Below, one piece after another: positions 8,484 through 18,683 of a DNA stretch of 64,000 nucleotides. Every line of letters starts with the position of its first letter. Within the stretch, counting starts at the first letter, position 1. The notes below the pieces were generated by a model that worked only from the letters and a program-made list of their open reading frames with translations, was not told the origin of the DNA and ran no database searches. A program made the position numbers and the translations under genes. The stretch is from contig CAKPFG010000001.1 in assembly GCA_934153675.1 (NCBI GenBank), positions 155,947 through 219,946 on the forward strand, read 5' to 3'. Source of the DNA: an uncultured Bacilli bacterium (GTDB lineage Bacteria; Bacillota_I; Bacilli_A; RF39; UBA660).

Positions 8484-11428
8484 TTTTTCTCCTCAATACT
8501 ATCTAATTTAACACTGACTAATTTACTAACACCACTTTCTTGCATTGTTATACCATAAAGAACATTAGCATACTCCATTGTTTTCTTTTTGTGTGTAATA
8601 ACAATAAACTGTGTTTTTTCTTTTAACTTAATTAAATATTGACCAAATGATTGAACATTAACATCATCCAATGCTGCTTCAACCTCATCAAGAACACAAA
8701 ATGGCAATGTTCTCGATTTTAAAATAGCAAATAATAGTGAAATTGCTGTAAATGTTTTTTCACCACCACTTAAAAGGCTAATATTTTTGAGCGTTTTTCC
8801 TGGTGGAGATGCAATAATATCAATTCCTGTTTCTAATATGTTATCCTTATTGGTAAGCTTTAAATGGGCATTTCCACCTTTAAATAATTCTTTAAAGGTT
8901 TCTTGAAAATTATCATTAATGATATCAAATGTTTTTACAAATTCCTTAATCATAATTTGATCCATATCTTCTATAATTTTTAATAATATGTTTTTTGCGT
9001 TAATCAAATCATTTTGTTGCTTTAATAAAAATTCATATCTTTCACTTTCTTTTTTATATTCTTCAATAGAAGTTAAATTTATCATTCCTAAAGATTTTAT
9101 TTTTCTTTTTATAGTATTGACATTATCACGAGCCTCATCAACATCAATGCTAAGTTTGTACATACTTTTAGCCTTTTCATAAGTCATATTATATTCTTCA
9201 TTTAAAGTATTAAGCCAATTATCTAATTTCACATCATAACGATTAATTTCTATTTCTAAATTTTTTAATTGTTCATTTTTTTCATAATAAAGGGTATTTT
9301 CTTTCTTGATAGAATATGAAAAATCGCTAAGAATATTTTCTAATTCTTTTTTATTTTCGCTAAGAACTTTTATTTTATTTACAATTTCGTTTTTATAATT
9401 TATTTCATTATAATACTGATCAATAATACTTTCCTCTTCATTTGATAATTTATCATGAATAATGTTATTTGTTCCGATAAGTTCGTTTGTAATATTGGTT
9501 AATTTTTTATTTAAATTGATAATATTGTCTTTCTTTAAATTAAGACTATCGTTTTTAACCAATTTTTCTTTATTGTATAAATATAACTTATCTTCACTGT
9601 TTCTAATATATGTATCAGTTTCATTAATATCATTTTCTATATTTTCAATATTTTTTTGATAATTTTTATCTTCTTTAATTTTTCTTTCTAATTCATATTT
9701 ATCTAAGATTATATTTCTTGTTTTAATATTACCACCAGTTAGAGAACCACCAACATTAATTATTTCTCCATCTAAAGTGACAATTCGATAATTAAAATTA
9801 ATAAGTTTACTTAATCTATTTGCAGTATCAATGTTATCAACTACTATAATATTTCCTAATAAATTTTTAACAATATTGCTATAATTTTTATTATATTTAA
9901 CAAGATTGGATGCAATATCTATAAAACCATCTATATTAATTAAATTAATCATATCCTTATTTATATATTTTTCCTTCATAATATTTAATGGTAAAAAGGT
10001 AACACGTCCTAATTTATTTTCTTTTAAATAATTAATAGCTTCACTGGCACAAACTTCGTTTTCAACAATTATGCTAGATATATTAGAAGCAAGAGCAATA
10101 CTAATTGCTTTAGAATACTTTTCTAAAACTTCACACACTCCACCAACTGTATCATAAATACCACGTAATTTAGGATTTTGTAATACTTTTTTTACAGCAT
10201 ACGGATAATTAGAATTATTATCAATATTATCGCGAAGAATATCTATTTCATTACTGTTTTTTTTATAAAGTCGTACTTGTTTATTTAACTTATCAAGCAA
10301 TAATTCTTTTTGCTTTTTTATTTCGTCATAACGCTTATTTTCTTCTTTTATTTTTTCATTACAGTTATTATAATCTTTTAAAATTAATTCCATTTCTCTA
10401 TTTGTACTTTTAATTTCATTTTTTATTTTTGATTCTTGCTCTTTTAAATCAATAATGTTATTATGTAATTTAAAATTATCAACTTGATATTTCTTTCTTT
10501 CTAAAATAATATTTTTTTGACTATTTATTTGTTCTACTTTTTCTGTTACAACAAGTAATTTATCTTGAAGTTCTTTTATCTTTTTATCAAGATTAGTAAT
10601 TTTTACTTTAACTTCCAAAGATTTGGCTTCATTAGTAGAATTATTAGTAGAAATACTGCTCAAATCTTGCTTTAGTTCATCTATTTTTTCTTTCTTTTCT
10701 TTATAGGTATCATTTGTATTAGTTATATCTAAAACAATTAAAGATATTTCCAATTGTTTTAATTGCTCTTTTAAATCTTGATATTCTAATGCTGTTTCGC
10801 TTTGCTTTTTTAATGGTTCTATTCTATTTTCCAATTCCTTGATAATATCATTAACTCTATCCATGTTAACATGTGTCTTATCTAGTTTTTTTAGTGCATC
10901 TTCTTTTCTTTTTTTATATTTGGTAACACCAGCGGCTTCTTCAAATATGCTTCTTCTATTCTCTGGTTTACTCGATATTATTTCTTCAATTTTTCCTTGT
11001 TGTATTATATTAAAACTTTCTTTTGCTATACCACTATCCATTAATATATTATAAACATCTTTTAAGCGAACCTTTTCGCCATTTATAAAATATTCATTTT
11101 CGCCGTCTTTATAAAGTCTTCTTTTAATAGAAACCTCGTCAAAACTTAAAGGCAGATAATTGTCATGATTATCAAAAATTAATGTTACACTAGCCGCATT
11201 CATAGCTCTTCTACTTTTAGAACCAGCAAAAATGACGTCTGTTGTTTTATCCCCTCTTAAAGATTTTATTGATTGCTCTCCCAATACCCATCTTATAGCA
11301 TCTACAACATTACTTTTTCCACTTCCATTTGGTCCTACTATACCAGATATATCACCGTCAAAATCTATTATCGTATTATCAGCAAACGATTTAAAACCAT
11401 GTGCAATCATTTTTTTTAAATACATCAA
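8480..11428 (-). CDS. smc: Chromosome segregation protein SMC
   Basis: N-terminal GFKSFAD...GPNGSGKSNVVDAIRWVLGEQS Walker A, long coiled coil, C-terminal LSGGEKTFTAISLLFAI...LDEVEAALD signature/Walker B. Confidence 0.85.
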   Translation of the reverse strand: MMYLKKMIAHGFKSFADNTIIDFDGDISGIVGPNGSGKSNVVDAIRWVLGEQSIKSLRGDKTTDVIFAGSKSRRAMNAASVTLIFDNHDNYLPLSFDEVSIKRRLYKDGENEYFINGEKVRLKDVYNILMDSGIAKESFNIIQQGKIEEIISSKPENRRSIFEEAAGVTKYKKRKEDALKKLDKTHVNMDRVNDIIKELENRIEPLKKQSETALEYQDLKEQLKQLEISLIVLDITNTNDTYKEKKEKIDELKQDLSSISTNNSTNEAKSLEVKVKITNLDKKIKELQDKLLVVTEKVEQINSQKNIILERKKYQVDNFKLHNNIIDLKEQESKIKNEIKSTNREMELILKDYNNCNEKIKEENKRYDEIKKQKELLLDKLNKQVRLYKKNSNEIDILRDNIDNNSNYPYAVKKVLQNPKLRGIYDTVGGVCEVLEKYSKAISIALASNISSIIVENEVCASEAINYLKENKLGRVTFLPLNIMKEKYINKDMINLINIDGFIDIASNLVKYNKNYSNIVKNLLGNIIVVDNIDTANRLSKLINFNYRIVTLDGEIINVGGSLTGGNIKTRNIILDKYELERKIKEDKNYQKNIENIENDINETDTYIRNSEDKLYLYNKEKLVKNDSLNLKKDNIINLNKKLTNITNELIGTNNIIHDKLSNEEESIIDQYYNEINYKNEIVNKIKVLSENKKELENILSDFSYSIKKENTLYYEKNEQLKNLEIEINRYDVKLDNWLNTLNEEYNMTYEKAKSMYKLSIDVDEARDNVNTIKRKIKSLGMINLTSIEEYKKESERYEFLLKQQNDLINAKNILLKIIEDMDQIMIKEFVKTFDIINDNFQETFKELFKGGNAHLKLTNKDNILETGIDIIASPPGKTLKNISLLSGGEKTFTAISLLFAILKSRTLPFCVLDEVEAALDDVNVQSFGQYLIKLKEKTQFIVITHKKKTMEYANVLYGITMQESGVSKLVSVKLDSIEEKK

Positions 11429-11502
11429 AAAACATTCCCTTCTAGTTTCGTACTAACATATTATAGCAAATTTAAAAAAGAAAAACAATCAAATTTGACT
11501 GT

Positions 11503-12294
11503 TTAATAAGCATTTATGTTAGTATACTCAACTTTTTCTTTTCCATTATAATAATAACACCATATTACATCAATATCATATTTTTTAATAAAAATTTTTC
11601 CCTCATTAATAGGTAAATATAATAATAAAGATGCTATAAAATCAATATTTTTTATATCATTATTCTTAGAAATTACTGTCACACTTACGTTAGAGGTATC
11701 TTTATTTGAAAAATCATTAATGCTTTTTGTTACTATATATTCGTCTTTAGACTTTAAAGTTATAATAGAATCATCAAAAAATGATGGTATTAAAATAGTA
11801 TAATACTCTTGAGCATTGTTTAATCCTGTTAATACAAATTTATTACTATTAATTTTAAATTTAGTTATTTTTTTTGATTTTAAATAATTTTTCACTCTGT
11901 TATTAGCAAGTGATAAAGCAAAAAAAGAAATATCAGAATTATTTTTAACGATTTTATCTTTCTTTAATATTGGATTAAACTTTATATATTTATTATACTG
12001 TTTAAATTTTAATCCAGTATCGACAATTTCTTTTAATTCATCTTTATAATTTATTTCTGTGTTAGAGTCAAATTCTTTTATAATATTATTGTAGTTAATA
12101 TATATTTTTTTAATATTTTCTAATATTTTTTTACCATCTTTTTTAGTATAAAAAGAAATATTAATTTTTTTTCCATCTAGATCAATAGTTTTATTATATA
12201 AATTTTCTTTAGAACAACCACCAACAAATAAAAAAGGTAACAAACAAATGAATAATACAATAAAATTATTTTTTAGTTTTAATTTTACTGTCAT
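11503..12294 (-). CDS. Lipoprotein, unknown function
   Basis: Signal peptide with lipobox LFVGGCSK; K/N-rich. Confidence 0.4.
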   Translation of the reverse strand: MTVKLKLKNNFIVLFICLLPFLFVGGCSKENLYNKTIDLDGKKINISFYTKKDGKKILENIKKIYINYNNIIKEFDSNTEINYKDELKEIVDTGLKFKQYNKYIKFNPILKKDKIVKNNSDISFFALSLANNRVKNYLKSKKITKFKINSNKFVLTGLNNAQEYYTILIPSFFDDSIITLKSKDEYIVTKSINDFSNKDTSNVSVTVISKNNDIKNIDFIASLLLYLPINEGKIFIKKYDIDVIWCYYYNGKEKVEYTNINAY

Positions 12295-12811
12295 TTTTCT
12301 TCCCAATATAATCGTCAATATTTATAATATTATCCATATTTTTATGGTTTTTATTATTTAAATTAGATAAATATTTTCTATATTCAAAAATAGATAATGT
12401 TTTCAGTGATCGATCTTTTATCTTACTTTTTTTCTTACAATTATCATACTTTTTATTATCCTTTGAATTATCATAAGATAACATATCACTATTAAATTTA
12501 TATAAAATATTATCAATTGAATCAACAATACTAATGTTATCAACTAAATCATAAAATTTAATAATTTCTGTTATATTATTTTTATTAGTACCAATAATAG
12601 GCTTATAATGATAAATAAGTAAATAATTGTCATTAATTTCATAATCTAAATAATAAACAAATGAATCTAATAAAAATCTGCCAATAAAATAAACCTTTTC
12701 CTTACACAAGTTATATATATCATAATAATAACGGTTATTTTCTTGAAACAATAAAATATTAACGCAATTATTATTTGAAGTAATAATTGTATTATTAATT
12801 AATTTTTCCAT
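12266..12811 (-). CDS. Hypothetical protein
   Basis: ORF only; overlaps the downstream lipoprotein ORF start; no recognisable motif. Confidence 0.3.
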   Translation of the reverse strand: MEKLINNTIITSNNNCVNILLFQENNRYYYDIYNLCKEKVYFIGRFLLDSFVYYLDYEINDNYLLIYHYKPIIGTNKNNITEIIKFYDLVDNISIVDSIDNILYKFNSDMLSYDNSKDNKKYDNCKKKSKIKDRSLKTLSIFEYRKYLSNLNNKNHKNMDNIINIDDYIGKKNDSKIKTKK

Positions 12812-12812
12812 A

Positions 12813-13817
12813 CTACTTTTCCTCTAAAACTTCTTTATAAATTTTAACCAATTCTTTTCCAACTTTTTTAATATCGTGTTCTAGCGCTACTTGATATCCA
12901 TCTGAAGTAAGATCTGGTAATTCACCATTAAAAATTTGCTTTATTTTTTCTTCAAAATCATTTATATCTTTAGCTTTATAAACATTAACACCATCAAGTA
13001 ACCACTCATCAAAAACCTCTATATCTCGAATTATCGCTTTTATTTTAGCACTACAAGCTTCTAATATAGGAATACCTTCCGTTTCTTCTTGCGTTGGAAA
13101 AATAAATAAATCAGCCCCACTGTAAGCTTTTTTTAACTCGATAGGTTCCACATATCCTGGAAAGTATAAATTATCAAGTTTAGTATTAACTGCTTTTCTT
13201 ATTTTAGCAGGAGAGGCAGCAAGTGGTGAATGTCCAAACCAAATAAATTTATATTCAGGCAAGCGTTTAGCAAGTTCAACAAAATCTAAGATTCCTTTTC
13301 TTTCAATATATAATCCAACACCCATTATAACTTTATCTTCTTTTTTAAAACTATATTTTTTTCTAAATTCTTCTCCTAATTTATCATCATGTTTAAAAAA
13401 GCTTACATCAACTCCATTACTAATAGCAGTAATAGGTACATCTATGCCATAACCTTCAAGCAACTTTTTAGAATAAGGCGTTGGGGTTAAAATATGATCC
13501 CCTAATGAATAACAAGTAATAAGCCATTGTTTAAATTGCGGAGATACCAAGTTTGAACCAATGAATGAATTTTTAAAATCTTCTTCTGTTGAATGAGCAT
13601 GGTATATAATTTTTTTACCTTCTTTTTTAGCTTTTTTAGCAAATAAGTATGATTTTGGTCCATAAAAATTTATATGTAAAATATCATAATCATCATCTAA
13701 ATCAGTTGTATAATCGATATTGTTTTCTTCTAAAGCACACATTTGATGTTTAATTGCTTTTCCAAGCCCAGATTTACTAATAGTTTTTAATCCTTCTGTG
13801 TATAATAAAACCTTCAT
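12813..13817 (-). CDS. Glycosyltransferase family 4 (GT-B, group 1)
   Basis: C-terminal GT4 core (FIFPTQEETEGIPILEACSA..., EX7E-like) and N-terminal GT4 domain. Confidence 0.7.
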   Translation of the reverse strand: MKVLLYTEGLKTISKSGLGKAIKHQMCALEENNIDYTTDLDDDYDILHINFYGPKSYLFAKKAKKEGKKIIYHAHSTEEDFKNSFIGSNLVSPQFKQWLITCYSLGDHILTPTPYSKKLLEGYGIDVPITAISNGVDVSFFKHDDKLGEEFRKKYSFKKEDKVIMGVGLYIERKGILDFVELAKRLPEYKFIWFGHSPLAASPAKIRKAVNTKLDNLYFPGYVEPIELKKAYSGADLFIFPTQEETEGIPILEACSAKIKAIIRDIEVFDEWLLDGVNVYKAKDINDFEEKIKQIFNGELPDLTSDGYQVALEHDIKKVGKELVKIYKEVLEEK

Positions 13818-13865
13818 TAAATCACCATTTTTATTATAACATATTTATATTTTTTTTTAAAGATA

Positions 13866-14096
13866 TTATATTTTAATATTAACTAAAATGACATCCTGCC
13901 CTATTTTTTCTATTTGATTCCATTTAACCACTACTTCACCACTATTTGAAAAACGCGAAATTAAAAATTTGCTTTTTTCTACTATAATACCCGATGATAA
14001 ACCATTAGAATCAATATTAATATCTATAATATTACCTATCATTTTTCCATCATTAATATTGACAATATTTTTATTTTGTAAATCAGAAAGTCGCAT
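13866..14096 (-). CDS. ylmC: YlmC/YmxH-family sporulation protein (PRC barrel)
   Basis: MRLSDLQNKNIVNINDGKMIGNIID..., 76 aa, placed downstream of sigG as in Bacillus. Confidence 0.7.
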   Translation of the reverse strand: MRLSDLQNKNIVNINDGKMIGNIIDINIDSNGLSSGIIVEKSKFLISRFSNSGEVVVKWNQIEKIGQDVILVNIKI

Positions 14097-14119
14097 AAAA
14101 TCACCAATATAATTATATG

Positions 14120-14150
14120 AAAAAAAAGAGAATAAATACTTATCCTCTTT
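14120..14150 (-). terminator. Intrinsic terminator/attenuator hairpin 9 nt upstream of ylmC RBS
   Basis: RNA AGAGGAUAA-guau-UUAUUCUCU (9 bp, one GU) followed by U8. Confidence 0.5.
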
Positions 14151-14154
14151 AATT

Positions 14155-14229
14155 CAGCCAGAGATTACTAAAGCCAACTGAATGTGCGCATTTGATGATT
14201 ACTGATTAGAATGCGCATACCCTCTCGAG
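14155..14229 (-). promoter_or_regulatory. GC-rich structured leader element (candidate cis-regulatory RNA / riboswitch-like aptamer)
   Basis: Only GC-rich island in an AT-rich spacer; palindromic TGCGCA arms 32 nt apart, CUCGAGAGGG 5' segment, duplicated GATTACT; sits between promoter and terminator. Confidence 0.3.
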
Positions 14230-14238
14230 TACATACTA

Positions 14239-14267
14239 ATAATATCATACTTTTTTTAATATTGCAA
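14239..14267 (-). promoter_or_regulatory. Sigma-A-like promoter TTGCAA-N17-TATTAT
   Basis: -35 at 14262-14267, -10 at 14239-14244 on minus strand; predicted TSS ~14231 at start of the GC-rich leader. Confidence 0.4.
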
Positions 14268-14366
14268 GTGGTTTTTCGACAAAATTTGACATTTTTACTA
14301 TTATATATATGTATATACTAATACTAAGGCAAAAAAATTTAAAATATAATATCAATAAATAAACAT

Positions 14367-15143
14367 TTAGTCAAATTTTTTCCTAATATTTTCGATGCCA
14401 CTTTTTTCTAATCTAGATATTTGCGCCTGAGAAATGCCAAGTTCTAAGGCAAGCTCCATTTGTGTTTTTCCTATCAGATATCGTTGATTTATAATGTATT
14501 TTTCCCTTTCTTTTAATGACTCTATTGCATCTTTTAAAGCTATTTTTATATCTATATTTTTCATATTGCTATTTTTTTCTTCCAATTGATCAGATAAATA
14601 TATAGTGTCTCCTCCATCATTATAAATTGGTTCAAACATACTAATAGTTTCTTTCATACTATCTAAAGCATTAGAAACTTCAAATTCTGTTAAATTAAGT
14701 TCTTTAGCTATTTCACAAACTGTAGGTTCTCTGTTGAATTTGTTAGTTAATTGTTCTTTTACTTTTAACGCTTTATATGATATATCTTTGATACTTCTAG
14801 CAATTCTAACACTGTTATTATCTCGTAAATATCTTTTAACTTCTCCTAATATCATGGGAACTGCATAAGTTGAAAATTTAACTTCATGTGAAAGGTCAAA
14901 ATTATCAATAGCTTTAATAAGACCAATACACCCTACTTGAAATAAATCATCCATATTATCGGTGCGGTTATTATATTTTTTTAAAATTGATAGAACTAAT
15001 TTTAAATTACCATTTATTAATTCCTCCTTTGCTTTATAATCACCTTTTTTATACTTTTTAAATAATTCTATCATCTCACTACTTGATAATACATTAATAT
15101 TCGCAGTATTCACGCCATTTATTTTCACTTTATGACGTGACAT
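14367..15143 (-). CDS. sigG: Sporulation sigma factor SigG (sigma-F/G family)
   Basis: MSRHKVKINGV...LVNGNLKLVLS...DDLFQVGCIGLIKAIDNFDLSHEVKFSTYAVPMILGEVKRYLRDNN is near-identical in pattern to B. subtilis SigG. Confidence 0.8.
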   Translation of the reverse strand: MSRHKVKINGVNTANINVLSSSEMIELFKKYKKGDYKAKEELINGNLKLVLSILKKYNNRTDNMDDLFQVGCIGLIKAIDNFDLSHEVKFSTYAVPMILGEVKRYLRDNNSVRIARSIKDISYKALKVKEQLTNKFNREPTVCEIAKELNLTEFEVSNALDSMKETISMFEPIYNDGGDTIYLSDQLEEKNSNMKNIDIKIALKDAIESLKEREKYIINQRYLIGKTQMELALELGISQAQISRLEKSGIENIRKKFD

Positions 15144-15162
15144 TCAAATTCTCCTTTCATCA

Positions 15163-15192
15163 TATATTGATAAAAATTTAAATATTATATAC
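15163..15192 (-). promoter_or_regulatory. Forespore-type (sigma-F/G-like) promoter GTATA-N18-CAATATA
   Basis: -35 GTATA (15188-15192) and -10 CAATATA (15163-15169) with 18-nt spacer ~20 nt before sigG ATG; approximate match to GHATR-N18-CATnnTA. Confidence 0.3.
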
Positions 15193-15254
15193 AATTAATA
15201 TTTTTTTACTTGAATTTAAAATAATTATATAGTACTATTGTATCGGGTGATTTA

Positions 15255-16031
15255 ATGAATGAACAGAATTTAACAAATTATTATAATAAATTTAATGAAA
15301 ATAAAAGATTATTAACTCGTCATGGAAAATTAGAATTTATTACTGTAACAAAATATATTGAAATATATTTAAAAAAATATAAGCATCCTAAAATAATAGA
15401 TATAGGTGCTGGTACCGGCAGATATGCCAAATATTTAGCAGAAAAAGGTTTTGATGTAACAGCTGTAGAATTAGTTAAACATAATTTAAGAATAATTGAA
15501 GAAGATAAAAGAATTAAAGCCTATCAAGGAAATGCCTTAGATTTATCTAGATTTAAAGATAAAAGCTTTGATATAGTTTTATTATTTGGCCCTCTATATC
15601 ATTTAATTAGTGATAAAGATAAATTAAAAGCATTGAGGGAAGCTAAAAGAATATTAAAAGATGATGGCATTATGTTTGTACAATATATAATGAATGAATA
15701 TTGTGTAATAACACACGGTTTTAAGGAAAAAATGATCATTAATGAAATGATAAATAATAAATTAGATAATAATTACAAAATCACCCCTAGTAAGCAAGAT
15801 CTATATGCTCCTGTTAGAATCTGTGATATCAATTTTTTTAATGAACAAGTTAAATTAAAAAGAATAAAAATATTATCTCCAACAGGTCCTGCTAACTATA
15901 TCAGAAAATATATTAACAAATTAACAGAACAGGAATTCAATATATTTATAGATTATCATTTAAAAACTTGTGAAAAATATGAGTTACTAGGAGCATCATC
16001 ACACATATTAGATATATTAATAAAAAAGTAA
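15255..16031 (+). CDS. Class I SAM-dependent methyltransferase
   Basis: IIDIGAGTGRYAKYLAEKGFDVTAVE motif I, LLFGPLYH post-I; RBS GGGTGAT. Confidence 0.75.
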   Translation: MNEQNLTNYYNKFNENKRLLTRHGKLEFITVTKYIEIYLKKYKHPKIIDIGAGTGRYAKYLAEKGFDVTAVELVKHNLRIIEEDKRIKAYQGNALDLSRFKDKSFDIVLLFGPLYHLISDKDKLKALREAKRILKDDGIMFVQYIMNEYCVITHGFKEKMIINEMINNKLDNNYKITPSKQDLYAPVRICDINFFNEQVKLKRIKILSPTGPANYIRKYINKLTEQEFNIFIDYHLKTCEKYELLGASSHILDILIKK

Positions 16032-16060
16032 ATATTAAAATAAAAAAGTAAATATTAAAA
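16021..16060 (+). repeat. 20-bp tandem duplication (TAAAAAAGTAAATATTAAAA x2) spanning the methyltransferase stop codon
   Basis: Two exact adjacent copies, partial third. Confidence 0.6.
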
Positions 16061-16061
16061 T

Positions 16062-16091
16062 AAAAAAAAGCAAATAAATATTTGCTTTTTT
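16062..16091. terminator. Bidirectional intrinsic terminator between methyltransferase and ftsZ
   Basis: A8-GCAAATA-aa-TATTTGC-T6. Confidence 0.5.
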
Positions 16092-16092
16092 A

Positions 16093-17223
16093 TTAGAAAC
16101 TGCTTCTTTTCCTTAAAAATGATGGAATAATATCATCATCTTCATCATCAGACGAATTTATACTTTGGTCTAATGATGGCACTGTTTGTCTTGATAATTC
16201 ACTTCTTGTTTGACTTTGAAGAACTTTTGGTTCTTCTTTAGCAGTTGTAGTATAAGAATGATATAAAGGTTCTTTTTCATCTTCAAAGCCAGTAGCGATA
16301 ACAGTTACAATTATTTCGTCATTTAAATTTTCATTAATAACTGCTCCAAATATTGTATTAATATCTGTGTTAGCGCTTGATCTGATAACTTCTGCTGCCT
16401 CCTCTACTTCAAATAGAGTAAGATTGTTACCTCCAGTAACATTAATAATGGCATCAGTAGCACCACTAATACTAGTTTCTAAAAGTGGTGAGGCAACAGC
16501 TTGTCTAGCTGCTTCTGTTGCTCTATTTTCTCCAACACCTATACCAATACCGATAAGAGCACTACCACGTTTTTCCATAACAGTTTTAACATCTGCAAAA
16601 TCCAAATTGATTAATCCAGCAACAGCTATTAAATCTGATATAGATTGAACTCCACGTCTAAGTACATTATCAACTTCTTTAAATGATTCCAATAAAGGTG
16701 TTGATTTATCAATAATCTCTCTTAACTTATCATTTGGTATAACAATTAATGTATCAACATTTTTCTTTAATTCTTCAATACCAACTAAAGCTTGTTCCAT
16801 ACGCCTTTTTCCTTCAAAAGAAAATGGTTTTGTAACAATACCTACAGTAAGAGCTCCCAATTCTTGGGCAATTGATGCAATAACAGGAGCAGCTCCAGTA
16901 CCAGTACCACCACCCATACCACAAGTAATGAATACCATATCAGCACCTTTTAATGATTCTTCAATTTCTTTTTTACTTTCTAAAGCTGCTTCTCTACCTA
17001 TTTCAGGTTTAGCCCCAGCACCACGACCACCTGTTAGTGATTGTCCTATTTGAATTTTAGTTTGTGCCTTAGAACAATTTAATACTTGTAAATCAGTGTT
17101 AGCAACTATAAATTCTACTCCTTTTACTCCTGTTTCTATCATTCGGTTGACAGCATTTCCTCCACCGCCACCGATTCCTATAACCTTAATTTTCGCAATT
17201 TGATCCATTTCTAATCCAAACAT
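16093..17223 (-). CDS. ftsZ: Cell division GTPase FtsZ
   Basis: [13 protein letters not shown], tubulin signature [13 protein letters not shown], acidic C-terminal tail. Confidence 0.95.
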   Translation of the reverse strand: MFGLEMDQIAKIKVIGIGGGGGNAVNRMIETGVKGVEFIVANTDLQVLNCSKAQTKIQIGQSLTGGRGAGAKPEIGREAALESKKEIEESLKGADMVFITCGMGGGTGTGAAPVIASIAQELGALTVGIVTKPFSFEGKRRMEQALVGIEELKKNVDTLIVIPNDKLREIIDKSTPLLESFKEVDNVLRRGVQSISDLIAVAGLINLDFADVKTVMEKRGSALIGIGIGVGENRATEAARQAVASPLLETSISGATDAIINVTGGNNLTLFEVEEAAEVIRSSANTDINTIFGAVINENLNDEIIVTVIATGFEDEKEPLYHSYTTTAKEEPKVLQSQTRSELSRQTVPSLDQSINSSDDEDDDIIPSFLRKRSSF

Positions 17224-17234
17224 AATAATCCTCC

Positions 17235-18473
17235 CTAATCGTTAAAGAAATATCCAAATATCTTACCTAACGTTGAATCAGGTGCGTTACGAGTACTATC
17301 AGCATGAGTCATTACTGAATATTCACCATCATCTATCATCGAATAATTTTTTCCTTTTAATTTCAATTTACTTATAAAGTAAACAATATTGCCCACAACA
17401 GATGAATATTTGTTATTTCTAACACCAAGCATCTTCATAGTACCAATATTTACATCTTTACCAAATATGTCTGATGCGGCATACTCAAATCCCGCCATGT
17501 TAGACATACCTCCTGTAATAATAATATAATCAATTCTTTTGCTTGTCAAGTTATTTAATTCATTTTTTGACAAATTAAGTATTTCTTTAATACGAGAAGA
17601 TACCATCTCACTTATTTCATACTGATTAATTTTTATTACTTCACCGTTTTTATTTTTACACTCTATTGTGTCATTTGTTTGTGCATGATTAACATCCGCA
17701 ACAGCATACTTATGTTTCATTTTTATAGCATCATCGTTATCAATATTATAAAAAGAAGAAATAGCCAAATCTATACTTTTACCTCCTAGTGCTAAAACAG
17801 TACTTTTTACAATTACACTTCTATTAAAAATAGAAACACTCGTTGTATCACTTCCTATATTTATAATAGCAGCCAATTTATCAGAAAAGTTTTTTGTTCT
17901 AAAGGCATATAAATCACCAATATTATTAATGGAGATATCAACTACTTCAATTCCAATATTTTCAAGTAAACTCAAAACAGAATAAACATTTTTCTTTGGC
18001 ACTGTTACTATTACTGCTCTTGTTGAAAGCTTAGAACCAGTAAGCCCCACTGGATCTTTAATAGCAACAGAATCATTAATCTTAAAATCAATAGGAAGTA
18101 CGGTTACCATTTCACGCCCAGATAATTTTTTTTCTTGTATCGCTTTTTTGATAGTAAGCATTACATCATTATTAGTAATTGCATTAGAACTATCTAAAGT
18201 AATAGACCCTTTAATAATACTATACTCTGCTAAATAGCTAGGTACAGATGTAATTACTTTATTTATTTTAAAGCCAAGCATCTCTTCAATCTCACTAAAG
18301 GCTTGTTTTACAGTAATACTAGCAAGTTCAAAATCAACAATAAGACCTCTTTTAATTCCCTTTGATTTGCAAGAAGTTGCGGCAAGTACATTTAGCTTAT
18401 TTTGAAAAAGTTCACATACTACAACCTTTATTGTATCTGATCCTATATCTAAACTCGTATAAATATGCTTCAT
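17235..18473 (-). CDS. ftsA: Cell division protein FtsA
   Basis: Actin-like ATPase fold motifs ([31 protein letters not shown]); directly upstream of ftsZ. Confidence 0.9.
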   Translation of the reverse strand: MKHIYTSLDIGSDTIKVVVCELFQNKLNVLAATSCKSKGIKRGLIVDFELASITVKQAFSEIEEMLGFKINKVITSVPSYLAEYSIIKGSITLDSSNAITNNDVMLTIKKAIQEKKLSGREMVTVLPIDFKINDSVAIKDPVGLTGSKLSTRAVIVTVPKKNVYSVLSLLENIGIEVVDISINNIGDLYAFRTKNFSDKLAAIINIGSDTTSVSIFNRSVIVKSTVLALGGKSIDLAISSFYNIDNDDAIKMKHKYAVADVNHAQTNDTIECKNKNGEVIKINQYEISEMVSSRIKEILNLSKNELNNLTSKRIDYIIITGGMSNMAGFEYAASDIFGKDVNIGTMKMLGVRNNKYSSVVGNIVYFISKLKLKGKNYSMIDDGEYSVMTHADSTRNAPDSTLGKIFGYFFND

Positions 18474-18683
18474 AAAATCAACTCCTACGGTCTATTAACA
18501 ATTATACTATATTTTTTTATAAAAGTAAAAGAAAAAATAGCGTTTTTCTAAAAATACACTATTTTATTATTTATTATCCATATAAAAATTCTCAAGACCC
18601 CTCATTATAGTAAAACTTTTTTTCTACTTTATCATATAAACAAGCAATCCCTTTTAAATCAAGAACCGGAATATAATCACGAA

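Noticed and set aside
7831-11456. Several 60-100-aa ORFs antisense to holA and smc (7831-8079, 8125-8439, 8988-9182, 9462-9659, 10839-11054, 11232-11456)
   Set aside because: Low-complexity Phe/Leu/Ile-rich translations of the reverse strand of K/N/E-rich genes. They have no RBS and are typical artefacts in AT-rich DNA.
14155-14229. Possible tRNA or other small RNA gene in the GC-rich island
   Set aside because: No acceptor-stem/CCA, D-loop or T-loop (GTTCRANYC) pattern. Its position between a promoter and a terminator directly upstream of ylmC favours a cis-acting leader.
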